In this document: positions 54,968-63,988 of the stretch, piece after piece
Layout: each line of letters opens with the position of its first letter
Position numbering within the stretch: the stretch's first letter is position 1
Origin: a virus
IMG/VR virus record: IMGVR_UViG_3300035185_000025
Span: 1 to 64,000 of that record
DNA: 64,000 nucleotides
Direction: 5' to 3' (one strand)
Program-made: the position numbers and the translations under genes
The notes under the pieces: model-generated
Databases searched by the model: none
What the model was told of the DNA's origin: nothing
The model's input: only the letters and a program-made list of their open reading frames with translations

Positions 54968-56521
54968 GTGGTAGCGCCACCCAAGCGCAGCAAGGCGAAG
55001 CGCCGCGTGTACCCGCACCGGGTCCGCCGCGCGTGGATGCGCGAGTTGGAGATGTGCCGGCGCGATCCCGTCCGGTTCATCGAATACGTCTTCCAGATCA
55101 AGCTCGACCCGATCCAGGTCGTGTGGATCCGGTTCTGGCAGCAGAACCGCAAGACCGTGCTCCACGGCTCGATCGGCCTCGGCAAGTCGATGCTGATGCG
55201 CGGGATGATCCTGTGGCTGATCGGCAACGACCCGAACGCTCAGGTGATCTGGCTCAGCGCGACGCAGCGGCAGCCGAAGAAGCACCTCAGCCTGCTCGCC
55301 GCGATGATCGAAGACGACCGCGCGCGCTCGAGGCTCCACCACGTGTTCCCCCGCATGCGCCCGGGCAAGATCTGGCGCAGCACGGAGATCACCGTCGAGC
55401 GCGAGGTGAGCCCGGTCGAAGCCGACTACACGATCAGCACCTACGGTGCCTACGCCGACTCGCTGCTTGGCTCGCGCGCGACGATCCTCGTGATCGACGA
55501 TCTGTGCAACTTCTCGAACACGCTGACGGAGGACGGCCGCACGAAGATGATCGAGTGGCTGGCGACGGTGCTGTCGCGCCTCACGGGGCCCGACTACCGG
55601 ATGATGGTCTTGGGCAACTTCTGGCACTCCATGGACGCGCTCATGGACCTCGTGAACAACAAAGAGTTCGCGTACTTGAAGACGCCGGCCTACACGCTCG
55701 CCGAGGACGGCAGCAAGATCCCGACGGCTCCGCGCGCGCTACCGGTCGCGGTCATCGACGAGAAGATCAAGGAACTCGGTCCCCGCAAGGCGCAGCAGAT
55801 GCTGCAGTGCGAGAAGCCTGATCTGAACCTCGGCCGGTTCAAGGAGTTGTGGTTTGAGGCCGCGCTAACGGCCGGGCTCGGGATGCCGTTCTCGCCGGCG
55901 CGGATCTTCTACCCAGCCTTCACCGGCGTGGATCTGGGTCACCGCGGCGCGCCCGGGGCAGACCGGACCGCGATGGTCACGGCGATCCTCCGGCCCGACG
56001 GGCGCAAGCAGATCATCGACGTCCGCAGCGGGTGCTGGAAGTCCGACGAGATCAAGGCGAACTTGCTCGAGGTCCGGCTCCGCTACGGCTCCACGATCGG
56101 CGTCGAGAACAACGGCGCGCAGAAGATGGTCATGGATCTGATCACCGACAGCACGGCGATCCCGTTGCTCGACCACAACACGAATCAGTTCAACAAGCGC
56201 GACATCGCCAACGGCGTCGAGGGTCTCGCCACCGGGCTGAGCCAGGGCGAGTGGGTGTTCCCGTGCCCGCCGAAGCCGACGGCGACCGGCCGCGGGCTCG
56301 ACGAAGGCGACGGCCAGCGCGGTCAGCCCGAGCCTGAGATCGAGCACCTCATGAGCGAGGCGCTCGTGTTCGATCCGAGCAAGCCCAGGGAGCACACCGG
56401 GGATCGGCTCATGGCCTGGTGGATCCTCAGCGAGACGATCCGCAAGAGCGCGCTCCGGGAGTACGACGACGCGATGCTGCCCGCGGTGGACGTGCCGGAT
56501 CTGGACCTGTTCAGCCGGTGA
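54968..56521 (+). CDS. terL: terminase large subunit
   Basis: GSIGLGKS Walker A, ILVIDD Walker B, GVDLG nuclease, VENNGAQ, HTGD. Confidence 0.93.
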   Translation: MVAPPKRSKAKRRVYPHRVRRAWMRELEMCRRDPVRFIEYVFQIKLDPIQVVWIRFWQQNRKTVLHGSIGLGKSMLMRGMILWLIGNDPNAQVIWLSATQRQPKKHLSLLAAMIEDDRARSRLHHVFPRMRPGKIWRSTEITVEREVSPVEADYTISTYGAYADSLLGSRATILVIDDLCNFSNTLTEDGRTKMIEWLATVLSRLTGPDYRMMVLGNFWHSMDALMDLVNNKEFAYLKTPAYTLAEDGSKIPTAPRALPVAVIDEKIKELGPRKAQQMLQCEKPDLNLGRFKELWFEAALTAGLGMPFSPARIFYPAFTGVDLGHRGAPGADRTAMVTAILRPDGRKQIIDVRSGCWKSDEIKANLLEVRLRYGSTIGVENNGAQKMVMDLITDSTAIPLLDHNTNQFNKRDIANGVEGLATGLSQGEWVFPCPPKPTATGRGLDEGDGQRGQPEPEIEHLMSEALVFDPSKPREHTGDRLMAWWILSETIRKSALREYDDAMLPAVDVPDLDLFSR

Positions 56522-56544
56522 TGCCGCCGTGGTAGCCTGCGCGG

Positions 56545-58554
56545 GTGCCCGTAAACCCGCGCCTGAGCAAGCTCCGCGTCCTGGGGCTCGAAGAGACCCC
56601 GCGCGCGCGGCTCCTGACGATGCGCTGGCTCTACTACGAGCAGCGCCAGGACGACGGGTGCTCGGTCGACTGGGAGGGCTATCAGCGCACGTCTGGAGAG
56701 CAGTTCTTGGAGTGGCGAATGCGCGGCTACGTCCGCGCGGATCAGGGCTCGATCCCGTGGGGCCAGAAGCGACCTACCTGCCACTCGATGATCGTCGGCG
56801 AGACCGTCGACACCTACACGTCGCTCCTGCTCGGCGACGGCCGCCAGCCCGCGATCAGGATCGCTGGCGACGACGCGAGCTCCGAGGCGATCGAGGCGCT
56901 GTTCAAGCACGCTGGGATCTGGCCCGTGCTCGCCGAGGGTCGCAAGCACGGCGGCGCGCAGGGAGCCTTCGGCATGCTCGTCGAGGTCCGCAAAGGGAAG
57001 CTCTCGACGCGAGTCCTTCGGCCCGAACATCTCCACATTGAGTGGTCCGACGAGTGCGACTGGATCCCTGAACTCGTGATCGAGCAGAAGCGCGTCACGA
57101 TTTATCGGATCGGATCGAGCGGCAAGGTCGAGTGCGGCGAGGTCTGGCGGACGCGGGCGTGGGATCAGACCCACAGCTACGCCTACCACGACCAGCCGAT
57201 CGGGACTTACACGCCGGTCGACGACGACGGCACGAAGACCGAGTTGCCCGAGGACATCGAGTTGAGCGAGGCGCCGGTCGAGCACAAGGCCGGCCGCTGC
57301 CCGGTGGTGTGGGTCCAGAACACGCTGTGCTCCGACGAGCCGCTCGGAGTCCCCGACTGCGAAGCGGTCTACGAGCAGGTCGACCAGCTCGACAAGTCGA
57401 TGTCGATGGTCATGCGCGGATCGAGGGCCAACAACGATCCAACGCTGGTGGTGAAGGACACGCAGTCCGGCCTCAACCAGTGGACCCGCAGGCGCAAGGG
57501 CTACGGCGCCGAGATCACGGTCTCGGAGAAGGGCGCCGTCGAACTGCTCGAGACGTCGGGCGCCGCGATCGACCAGTCGTGGAAGTCGATCAACGCGCTC
57601 GAGTCCAGGATCGAGCGGCGCACCGGTGTCGTCGCGATCACGCCCGAAAAGGCGAGCTCAAACTGGTCCGGCGTCGCGCTCAAGATCCTGCACCGCACGC
57701 AGATGAGCCGCGCCGGCGAGCGCCGCAACCCGATCGGAGTCGGGATCAAGCAACTCGTGCGGATCGTGCACACGCTCCTGCGCGAGCTCGGAATGCGCAA
57801 CGTCGGCAGCACGGGCAAGGGGATCGAGATCCCGCAGGCCGAGCGCAAGATCACCGCGGACGACGGCACGATCGAGACCGTCCGCGATCCCCACCAGATC
57901 GGGCCTGGCGGCGCTGTCCGGCTCAACTGGCCAGCGCTTCATGAGCCGATCCCGGACGAGCTTCGAACCGTGGCCGACGCGCTCACGAAGATGAACGGCG
58001 GCCGCCCCGTGCTCTCGCAGGAGACGGCAGTCGCGTACGCGGTCAACCTCGCGCAGACCGACACGGATCCAGCGATGGAGCTCGAGCGGATCCGCGAGGA
58101 GACGGCGGAGAAGGTCGCGGCCTTCGACGAGACGATGATGCCGGATGTCGAGGACGGCGGCGAAGGCGAGCCGGACATGCCGGACACCGGCGACGGAACG
58201 CAGACGGGAGATCAGCAAGTGCAGCACGAAGCGATGAACGGCATCCAGGTCAAGACGCTCGGAGACACGCTCGCTCGGACCGGCCGCGACCTCACCCCGG
58301 AGGCGGCGAAGTTCACGATCAACGAGGGCTTCCCGAACACGACCATGCCCGATGCGCAGCGCAGGCTGAACGAAGCGATCCAGGCGCAGCTCGAGCAGGT
58401 TGCTCAGGACAAGAAGGACGGCGTCGAGCCCGAGGCTGGAAAGCAGTTCGACACGCTCGGCCGAGCGATCACTCGGCGCGCCAAGGCCACAGCGGAGCCG
58501 AAGGCCGAGGAGTCCGAAGACGAGCCTGAGTCCGAAGACGAGGAGACCGAGTGA
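56545..58554 (+). CDS. portal protein with acidic C-terminal extension
   Basis: follows terL; CPVVWVQN...GVPD, SGVALKIL, LSQETAV (SPP1 gp6-like). Confidence 0.88.
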   Translation: MPVNPRLSKLRVLGLEETPRARLLTMRWLYYEQRQDDGCSVDWEGYQRTSGEQFLEWRMRGYVRADQGSIPWGQKRPTCHSMIVGETVDTYTSLLLGDGRQPAIRIAGDDASSEAIEALFKHAGIWPVLAEGRKHGGAQGAFGMLVEVRKGKLSTRVLRPEHLHIEWSDECDWIPELVIEQKRVTIYRIGSSGKVECGEVWRTRAWDQTHSYAYHDQPIGTYTPVDDDGTKTELPEDIELSEAPVEHKAGRCPVVWVQNTLCSDEPLGVPDCEAVYEQVDQLDKSMSMVMRGSRANNDPTLVVKDTQSGLNQWTRRRKGYGAEITVSEKGAVELLETSGAAIDQSWKSINALESRIERRTGVVAITPEKASSNWSGVALKILHRTQMSRAGERRNPIGVGIKQLVRIVHTLLRELGMRNVGSTGKGIEIPQAERKITADDGTIETVRDPHQIGPGGAVRLNWPALHEPIPDELRTVADALTKMNGGRPVLSQETAVAYAVNLAQTDTDPAMELERIREETAEKVAAFDETMMPDVEDGGEGEPDMPDTGDGTQTGDQQVQHEAMNGIQVKTLGDTLARTGRDLTPEAAKFTINEGFPNTTMPDAQRRLNEAIQAQLEQVAQDKKDGVEPEAGKQFDTLGRAITRRAKATAEPKAEESEDEPESEDEETE

Positions 58555-59270
58555 TCGTCGAAGGCGTCGACGTCAGCCACAGCCAGCGGCCTGACGCATG
58601 CGACTGGATCGAGGCGTCGGCGGCCGGCCTGACCTTCGCGTGGGTCAAGGGGTCCGAGGGCCGTGGTGGCGATGGTGCGTACGTCGACCCGGCTGCGGCA
58701 GATCACGCGGATCGGATCCGTCGATCGCCTGTGGTGCCGGGCATGTACCACTTCGCGCGTCCGGACAACCGCTTCGGCGAGTCGCAAGACGGCTACGCGA
58801 ACGGAGTCGCAGAAGGCGAGCACGCGGCGCGGACAGCCTTCGACCTCGGACTCGTCGAGCGCGCGCTCCCGATCGCGATCGACCTCGAGAAGTACTCGGG
58901 CAAGGACTCCGGCGGTAGGCCGATCGCAAACGTCGAGCAGCGCGACGACATGGTCCGCGGCATGGTCGACACGATCGTCCGGCTCACGGGTCGACGGCCT
59001 GTGGTCTACACCGGGGCCGGGTTCTGGGACTACCAGCACTCGACGGAGCTTGCGCTCGAGCTACGCGAGCGAGGCGTGCCCCTGTGGCTCGTCAGCTACT
59101 CGCGCGCCGCCGACCCGCCGAAGTCGATCGCTGGTTGGCCGTGGTCGATCTGGCAGTGGTCCGGAGGTGGCGAGTTCGAGTTCTCGGATGCGTGGCCGGG
59201 ACTGCCTTCGCCGATCGATCGCAACCGCTACCGCGGATCGGCTGCCGAGTTCTCGGGGCTGGTCGGGTAG
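58551..59270 (+). CDS. GH25 muramidase endolysin
   Basis: GVDVSHSQ, KGSEG, GMYHF, IDLE, VVYT, LWLVSY, WQWS, IDRN. Confidence 0.93.
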   Translation: MIVEGVDVSHSQRPDACDWIEASAAGLTFAWVKGSEGRGGDGAYVDPAAADHADRIRRSPVVPGMYHFARPDNRFGESQDGYANGVAEGEHAARTAFDLGLVERALPIAIDLEKYSGKDSGGRPIANVEQRDDMVRGMVDTIVRLTGRRPVVYTGAGFWDYQHSTELALELRERGVPLWLVSYSRAADPPKSIAGWPWSIWQWSGGGEFEFSDAWPGLPSPIDRNRYRGSAAEFSGLVG

Positions 59271-59477
59271 CGACAGGCGCTCCTGGGGCGGGCGTACTTC
59301 TGCGGCTTGCACCCGCACGAGACGTGGTCGATGGCCGTCCGTGAACAGCCCTTGCACTCCAGGCTCCCGTAGTAGGCCCAGCGCGGACCCCATGCCGCTT
59401 CACGACCGCAGTCGGAACATGTCCACTTGCGCACCGCCGCGCCTGCGCTCACGGGGTTTTCGCCGCACGCTGGCTCG

Positions 59478-59690
59478 TTAGAGGCCACCACGCGGCTGTG
59501 GTCGTCGATGGTCTTGTGCGCGCATCCTCGGGAAGTCACTCAGATCCCGCATGGTCGGGTAGCGACATCGTCCTCGCCACACGGTGATGGTGACACCGAG
59601 GCGCGTCCTGATGCGGATCATCTCGTCGGTGCGCTCCACGAGTTCGGCGAGCCCGCGCGCGATCCAGTCCTCGGCAGTGGACCAACTCAC
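59478..59690 (-). CDS. hypothetical protein
   Basis: GTGA coupling, VSWSTAEDW. Confidence 0.4.
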   Translation of the reverse strand: MSWSTAEDWIARGLAELVERTDEMIRIRTRLGVTITVWRGRCRYPTMRDLSDFPRMRAQDHRRPQPRGGL

Positions 59691-59763
59691 GGTGCGTCGC
59701 TCCGCGCTGTCTTGTCCTGCGGATAGGCCGGGTTGTTCTCGACGGCGGCGTCGGTGCGGAGGG

Positions 59764-60576
59764 TCATGGCGTGGGCTCCGTATCGGGCTCCTGCGGCGGG
59801 ACAAGCCGAGGGCCCCAGGCCAGCCCGTCGATGCTGTAGCCGTTCGTCATCAACTGGCCGTCGGGTCCACGATAGACCTCGGCGGGCGCCCAACTCCACG
59901 CGCGGTCGTCGAGGCCACGGATGCGGCGCCAGTAGAGCCCGGGAACTGTCGGGGTAGTCTCCACCTCCTCGCAGGGCCGCTTCGCTTCGGCTACGCGGGC
60001 GAGCAGGGCGTCACGCTCACGGGTGAGCCGATCGACGACGTCGCGCAGGCTGGTGAAAGCGGCGTGAGCGTCCGCCACCGCTGCGCCCATGTCGAACGGC
60101 GTGCCGTCGCCGTACTCCCACTCGGATGGGTCTGGCCGCCCGGACCACAGGGCCAGGCACCACAGCGCGATCTCGCCGGTCGCCGTGCGGCCGGGCGTCA
60201 GGCGACCGCGGACCCGGCTGGGCCGCTCGGCGAGGCGGGCCTCGGCGTCCTCGACGTAGCCCTCGAAGTTGGCTGCGGTCATCGCGTGGGCGCCCTCCTC
60301 GTCGGCGAGGGCTGCGGTGAGCCGCTTGACCTCGGCTCGCAGCCTGGTCACGACCTCGCCTCCGTGCTCGTAGACAAATGCGTTGGCGGACCAGTCCTCC
60401 TCGTCGACAGGCCCATTGTCGATGTTGACCACGACGCGTGCCCCGCAGCCCGGGCAGTAGTCCTCCTCGCCGTCTGAATAGCGATCGGCGTCGCGCCTGA
60501 AAACGCTCTCACCGCAGGCGTCGCACTCCAAGCCAAACGGTCCGGAGACATCGGGTTGAACTGGTGAATCGGCCAT
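59764..60576 (-). CDS. zinc-ribbon plus coiled-coil protein
   Basis: CDACG...CPGCG; class B start MADSPVQ. Confidence 0.7.
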   Translation of the reverse strand: MADSPVQPDVSGPFGLECDACGESVFRRDADRYSDGEEDYCPGCGARVVVNIDNGPVDEEDWSANAFVYEHGGEVVTRLRAEVKRLTAALADEEGAHAMTAANFEGYVEDAEARLAERPSRVRGRLTPGRTATGEIALWCLALWSGRPDPSEWEYGDGTPFDMGAAVADAHAAFTSLRDVVDRLTRERDALLARVAEAKRPCEEVETTPTVPGLYWRRIRGLDDRAWSWAPAEVYRGPDGQLMTNGYSIDGLAWGPRLVPPQEPDTEPTP

Positions 60577-60614
60577 CGTCGGGCCTACTCGCGCCGCCGG
60601 TGTACGCTTCCCGC

Positions 60615-60779
60615 GTGCCATACCGCGACGACCGCCCGCGCTGCCCGACCTGCGCCGAGCCGGCCGAAGGCTACGACGCGATGTGGGACTACCACCGCTG
60701 CCCGAACGGTCATCGATGGGACGGGCCGGTCAACGGTGGCCCGCCCGTCAGCCGCTCACAGGACGGCAGCAGGCGGTGA
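60615..60779 (+). CDS. small zinc-finger protein
   Basis: CPTC...CPNGH; class A TACGCT-N6-GTG. Confidence 0.6.
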   Translation: MPYRDDRPRCPTCAEPAEGYDAMWDYHRCPNGHRWDGPVNGGPPVSRSQDGSRR

Positions 60780-62692
60780 GCACCGAACTCGCGGCCGAGC
60801 TCGCCGACATCCAGCGCGGCCGTTTTGACGGGCTCTGGGAGACGCTCAGCGTGCGGCAGCGCCGGATCGTCGAGCGGAAGCTCGCTCAGCTGGAGAAGGA
60901 CCTCGCCAAGACGCGCCGCGGATCCTGGTCGGCCGCGAACTCGGCCGCGACGATGATCCAACTCGCGCAGGCGGTGAAGGGCCTCAGCGCATCGCAACTC
61001 GCGTCACTCCGGCGTGCGCTCCCCGGCATCGCCGCTCGCGCGCAGGACTCCTCGGCGAAGTGGCTGCGGCTGCTGGACCAGAGCTTCACGGGCTCGACGG
61101 TGCCGCTGCGGTGGGACTCGCTCGAGTGGCTCGAGGACTACCGCGAGCCGCTGCTGCGCTCGCGCCTTCGGATCTACCGCAAGAGCTTCGCCCGCTACGG
61201 GTCCGAGGCCGTCAGCGCGATCGAGGATGCGCTCGCGCAGCGCGTGCTCGTCGGCACGCCGTGGACCGACGCGCGCGACGAGGTGATGTCGATCGTTCGC
61301 GAGCATGTCAACGACAAGCAGTGGATGGTCGACCGGATCGTGAGGACGGAGACGGCGACGATCTACAACGCGACGACGATGGCGGCGCTGCACGCCGAGG
61401 ACGAGCCGGACGATCCGATGCTGAAGAAGCTGGTCGCGACATTCGACGCGGCGACCGGGCAGGACTCGCGGCTGCTGCATGGCCAGACGCGGAGGCTCAG
61501 CGAGCCGTTCGTCGACGTCACGACCGGCCGCGAGTACATGGCGCCGCCGAACCGGCCGAACGACCGCGAGATCGTCGTTGGGTGGCGAAAGTCGTGGGGC
61601 GATGATCGGGAGTTCGATCAGGAGACGGCCGAGCCGTTACCTGATCAAGACATCATGACGCAGGACGACCTTGACAAAGCTGTCGCTGAGGCGGTCTCAA
61701 CTGCCGCACCAAATGAACCGGAGAAGTCAGAGATCGAACGCCGGTGGGACGCACGGGTCATGACAGATGACGAGCGACGTTATAATGATCTACTCGCTCG
61801 GCGTCCGGTCATGGATAAATACTCCAATGCAGAATACCGAGCGCTCGACAAATGGACCGAGACGATTACGCCGTATCAGACTCGTGTTCAAGCCGAATAC
61901 CGAGCTATTCGTGATGAAATCATCGCTGAGCATGCAACTCGAGCTGGTGAAAGCGGTATCTTCGACACCGACGCGGATGCGATCGATGCCATGGCAGAGA
62001 GAGGAATAAAATGGAATGCCGACAAGATGCCAGCAGGGTTTGCTCGTATGATCGAAAGCGAGCTTAGGATGCTTGAGTCGACGCCGTTTGCGCCTGAGGT
62101 GACGGAGATCGTTATCGATGATCTTCGTGGAGGCACTGCGTTGGCCCAGAAAGTTATCCGTAATCCTCCGTACCCTCAGGGAATCAGACTATCATTCGAC
62201 CCGGACGGGATCCCGACTGCATCGGCTGCGCTACGCGACGACATGCGCGACATCGCTGACGGCAAGCAGCCATATCTTTCCGCTGCCAGGATCAGCACAA
62301 AACAACGTCATGATCTAGCACAACGGTACGGTCACCTGACAGATGATCCGGTAATCCTATCTCACCTGATACGGCACGAGTTTAGTCATGGAATCGACTT
62401 CAATCTTCGAGATCTTTCAAACCATCGAAATGACGGCTATGCGCTCATGCGCAAGGCGTGGATCCAATGGGGCGAGTCTTCGTTCAAGTCTGGAGGGTTC
62501 TCTTCTGTAAGTCGCTACAGTTCGACGGATAAGTACGAGTTTTTTGCAGAGGCGGTCGCGCTTGCGCTGTCCGATGGCAACACAAACGCGCTCCCGCAAG
62601 GTCTGCGTTCTGCTGTCTCCGCGATCCTTGGATGGGAGGACATGCCAGACGTATACGTCAAGATGCTACGGGAACGCGGACCCGAGTTGTGA
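60776..62692 (+). CDS. MuF/SPP1 gp7-like head morphogenesis protein with C-terminal zincin (HExxH) extension
   Basis: RIVRTET, LHGQ, PPNRPNDRE; C-terminal HEFSH and SRYSSTDKYEFFAEA. Confidence 0.85.
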   Translation: MSTELAAELADIQRGRFDGLWETLSVRQRRIVERKLAQLEKDLAKTRRGSWSAANSAATMIQLAQAVKGLSASQLASLRRALPGIAARAQDSSAKWLRLLDQSFTGSTVPLRWDSLEWLEDYREPLLRSRLRIYRKSFARYGSEAVSAIEDALAQRVLVGTPWTDARDEVMSIVREHVNDKQWMVDRIVRTETATIYNATTMAALHAEDEPDDPMLKKLVATFDAATGQDSRLLHGQTRRLSEPFVDVTTGREYMAPPNRPNDREIVVGWRKSWGDDREFDQETAEPLPDQDIMTQDDLDKAVAEAVSTAAPNEPEKSEIERRWDARVMTDDERRYNDLLARRPVMDKYSNAEYRALDKWTETITPYQTRVQAEYRAIRDEIIAEHATRAGESGIFDTDADAIDAMAERGIKWNADKMPAGFARMIESELRMLESTPFAPEVTEIVIDDLRGGTALAQKVIRNPPYPQGIRLSFDPDGIPTASAALRDDMRDIADGKQPYLSAARISTKQRHDLAQRYGHLTDDPVILSHLIRHEFSHGIDFNLRDLSNHRNDGYALMRKAWIQWGESSFKSGGFSSVSRYSSTDKYEFFAEAVALALSDGNTNALPQGLRSAVSAILGWEDMPDVYVKMLRERGPEL

Positions 62693-62891
62693 GCCCTGCA
62701 AGTCGCAGCGCATCGACGTCGGAGTCCTTGCCGATAACGAGCGTGTCTTTACCGATTTGCCGTTTCTGTACGCTTAGATGCAGTGACTCGCCGAGCCAGA
62801 AGCGGTCGGGAATCCTGGTCGTATACGCTGTGCAAGTCCGACCAGTTCCAGTTAGGTGGACGCAGTACCGACAGCCAGAGACAGGGATCAT
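62658..62891 (-). CDS. small Cys/His protein of the type found next to MuF toxin domains
   Basis: CRYC...CTAY..RIP...G...H; shares the lower-GC patch. Confidence 0.6.
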   Translation of the reverse strand: MIPVSGCRYCVHLTGTGRTCTAYTTRIPDRFWLGESLHLSVQKRQIGKDTLVIGKDSDVDALRLAGLTTRVRVPVAS

Positions 62892-63115
62892 TGGCTGAGT
62901 ATACAAAACGCCTGCACGAGCCCGGCCTTCGAGATGAACTCGACGGCGTCTTGCTCCTCAAATCCCACGAGCGCCATGGAGCGCTGGTCGTACCACCCGG
63001 ACGGGCCCCACGACCCTGCGTCCATCTTCGAGACGCGGGCAACAGCGGCTCCTGTGCTGTCGTTCACGCGGTATGTCGCGCCGGGTCGACCAGTGATCGA
63101 GTTCGGACTGTTCAT
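62888..63115 (-). CDS. hypothetical protein
   Basis: ATGA coupling on both sides. Confidence 0.55.
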   Translation of the reverse strand: MNSPNSITGRPGATYRVNDSTGAAVARVSKMDAGSWGPSGWYDQRSMALVGFEEQDAVEFISKAGLVQAFCILSQ

Positions 63116-63918
63116 GCCGCACCCCGCGGATACACGCCGCGCCGGTCACCCGTGCGCACGTAGAGCGTCCCGAGCGAGGCGAAGTAGCGCGCGAACTCCT
63201 TGACGTCGATCGGGTGCTCGGCGCCCTCGTCTCGCAGCCCGTAGCGCCCGACGCGGTCCGCCCAGAACCCGACGAGAGACGGGAACGGCGCTGCCTGTGG
63301 GATCGCCGGCTTGCCTGGCTTGCCCGAGACCTCTGGCCCCACGGCGAGCCCAGGCCCGACGATCCTGAACGGCGCGGGCAGCTTCTTCTTCTTCGACGCC
63401 CACGGCCACCACTTCTGGAGGTAGTAGTCCGGGTCCGCCGACTCCGCGGCGACCTTGCGCGTGATCGGGATCGGCCGCCAGAACGTGAGCCGGCCCTTGA
63501 CCTCGACCCAGGCGTCGCACGAGCGATGGATCCCGGCCACGATCTTGACGCTGTTGCCGGACTTCTTGGTCCCGCCCTGCATCCAGCGCGTGTCGGTCCG
63601 CGCCGGCAGCAGGATGACGCCCGGCATGCCTACCTCGACGTGCCAGTGGTGCGAGGTCTCGATGCAGTCCTCGATCTCGGATCCGTACGGCGGGTTCTCA
63701 TAGCTGCAGTCCGCGTCGGTCCAGCGGATGTCGTGGCCCGAGACCCGGATCCCGTCGGCGATCAGATCCGCGCCGACTTGGCTCGCGTCGTTCGTCCACG
63801 GATCGATCAGCGTCCGGCCCGCGCCCGGTGGCACGAGCAGGCTTCGCATGCGCGTGATGATCTTGGGCGGTGAGCAGTAGTGCATGGACTTCGAAGTGAG
63901 GCACGCCGCGATCTTCAT
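63112..63918 (-). CDS. phage Dam-type N6-adenine DNA methyltransferase
   Basis: YCSP, LIDP, NPPY, LLPARTDTRW, KGRLTF, APFPS; class B start MKIAAC. Confidence 0.85.
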   Translation of the reverse strand: MKIAACLTSKSMHYCSPPKIITRMRSLLVPPGAGRTLIDPWTNDASQVGADLIADGIRVSGHDIRWTDADCSYENPPYGSEIEDCIETSHHWHVEVGMPGVILLPARTDTRWMQGGTKKSGNSVKIVAGIHRSCDAWVEVKGRLTFWRPIPITRKVAAESADPDYYLQKWWPWASKKKKLPAPFRIVGPGLAVGPEVSGKPGKPAIPQAAPFPSLVGFWADRVGRYGLRDEGAEHPIDVKEFARYFASLGTLYVRTGDRRGVYPRGAA

Positions 63919-63988
63919 GGCTGACCTACCGCGCACCCGTGCGGGTGCTTCCCGGGAAGCACCCGGGGCCCGCCGAGGTAGTCCATGC
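63919..63988. promoter_or_regulatory. bidirectional class B promoter pair in a 24-bp perfect palindrome (63942-63965)
   Basis: CGGGTGCTTCCCGGGAAGCACCCG; ATG 35 nt away on both strands (63918 and 63989). Confidence 0.8.

Noticed and set aside
2126-63965. GGGAAGC motif considered as an attC-like site, IS end or Shine-Dalgarno
   Set aside because: No integrase or transposase is seen. It is 35 nt from the start, too far for an RBS, and is paired with a second box at constant spacing, which fits a promoter better.
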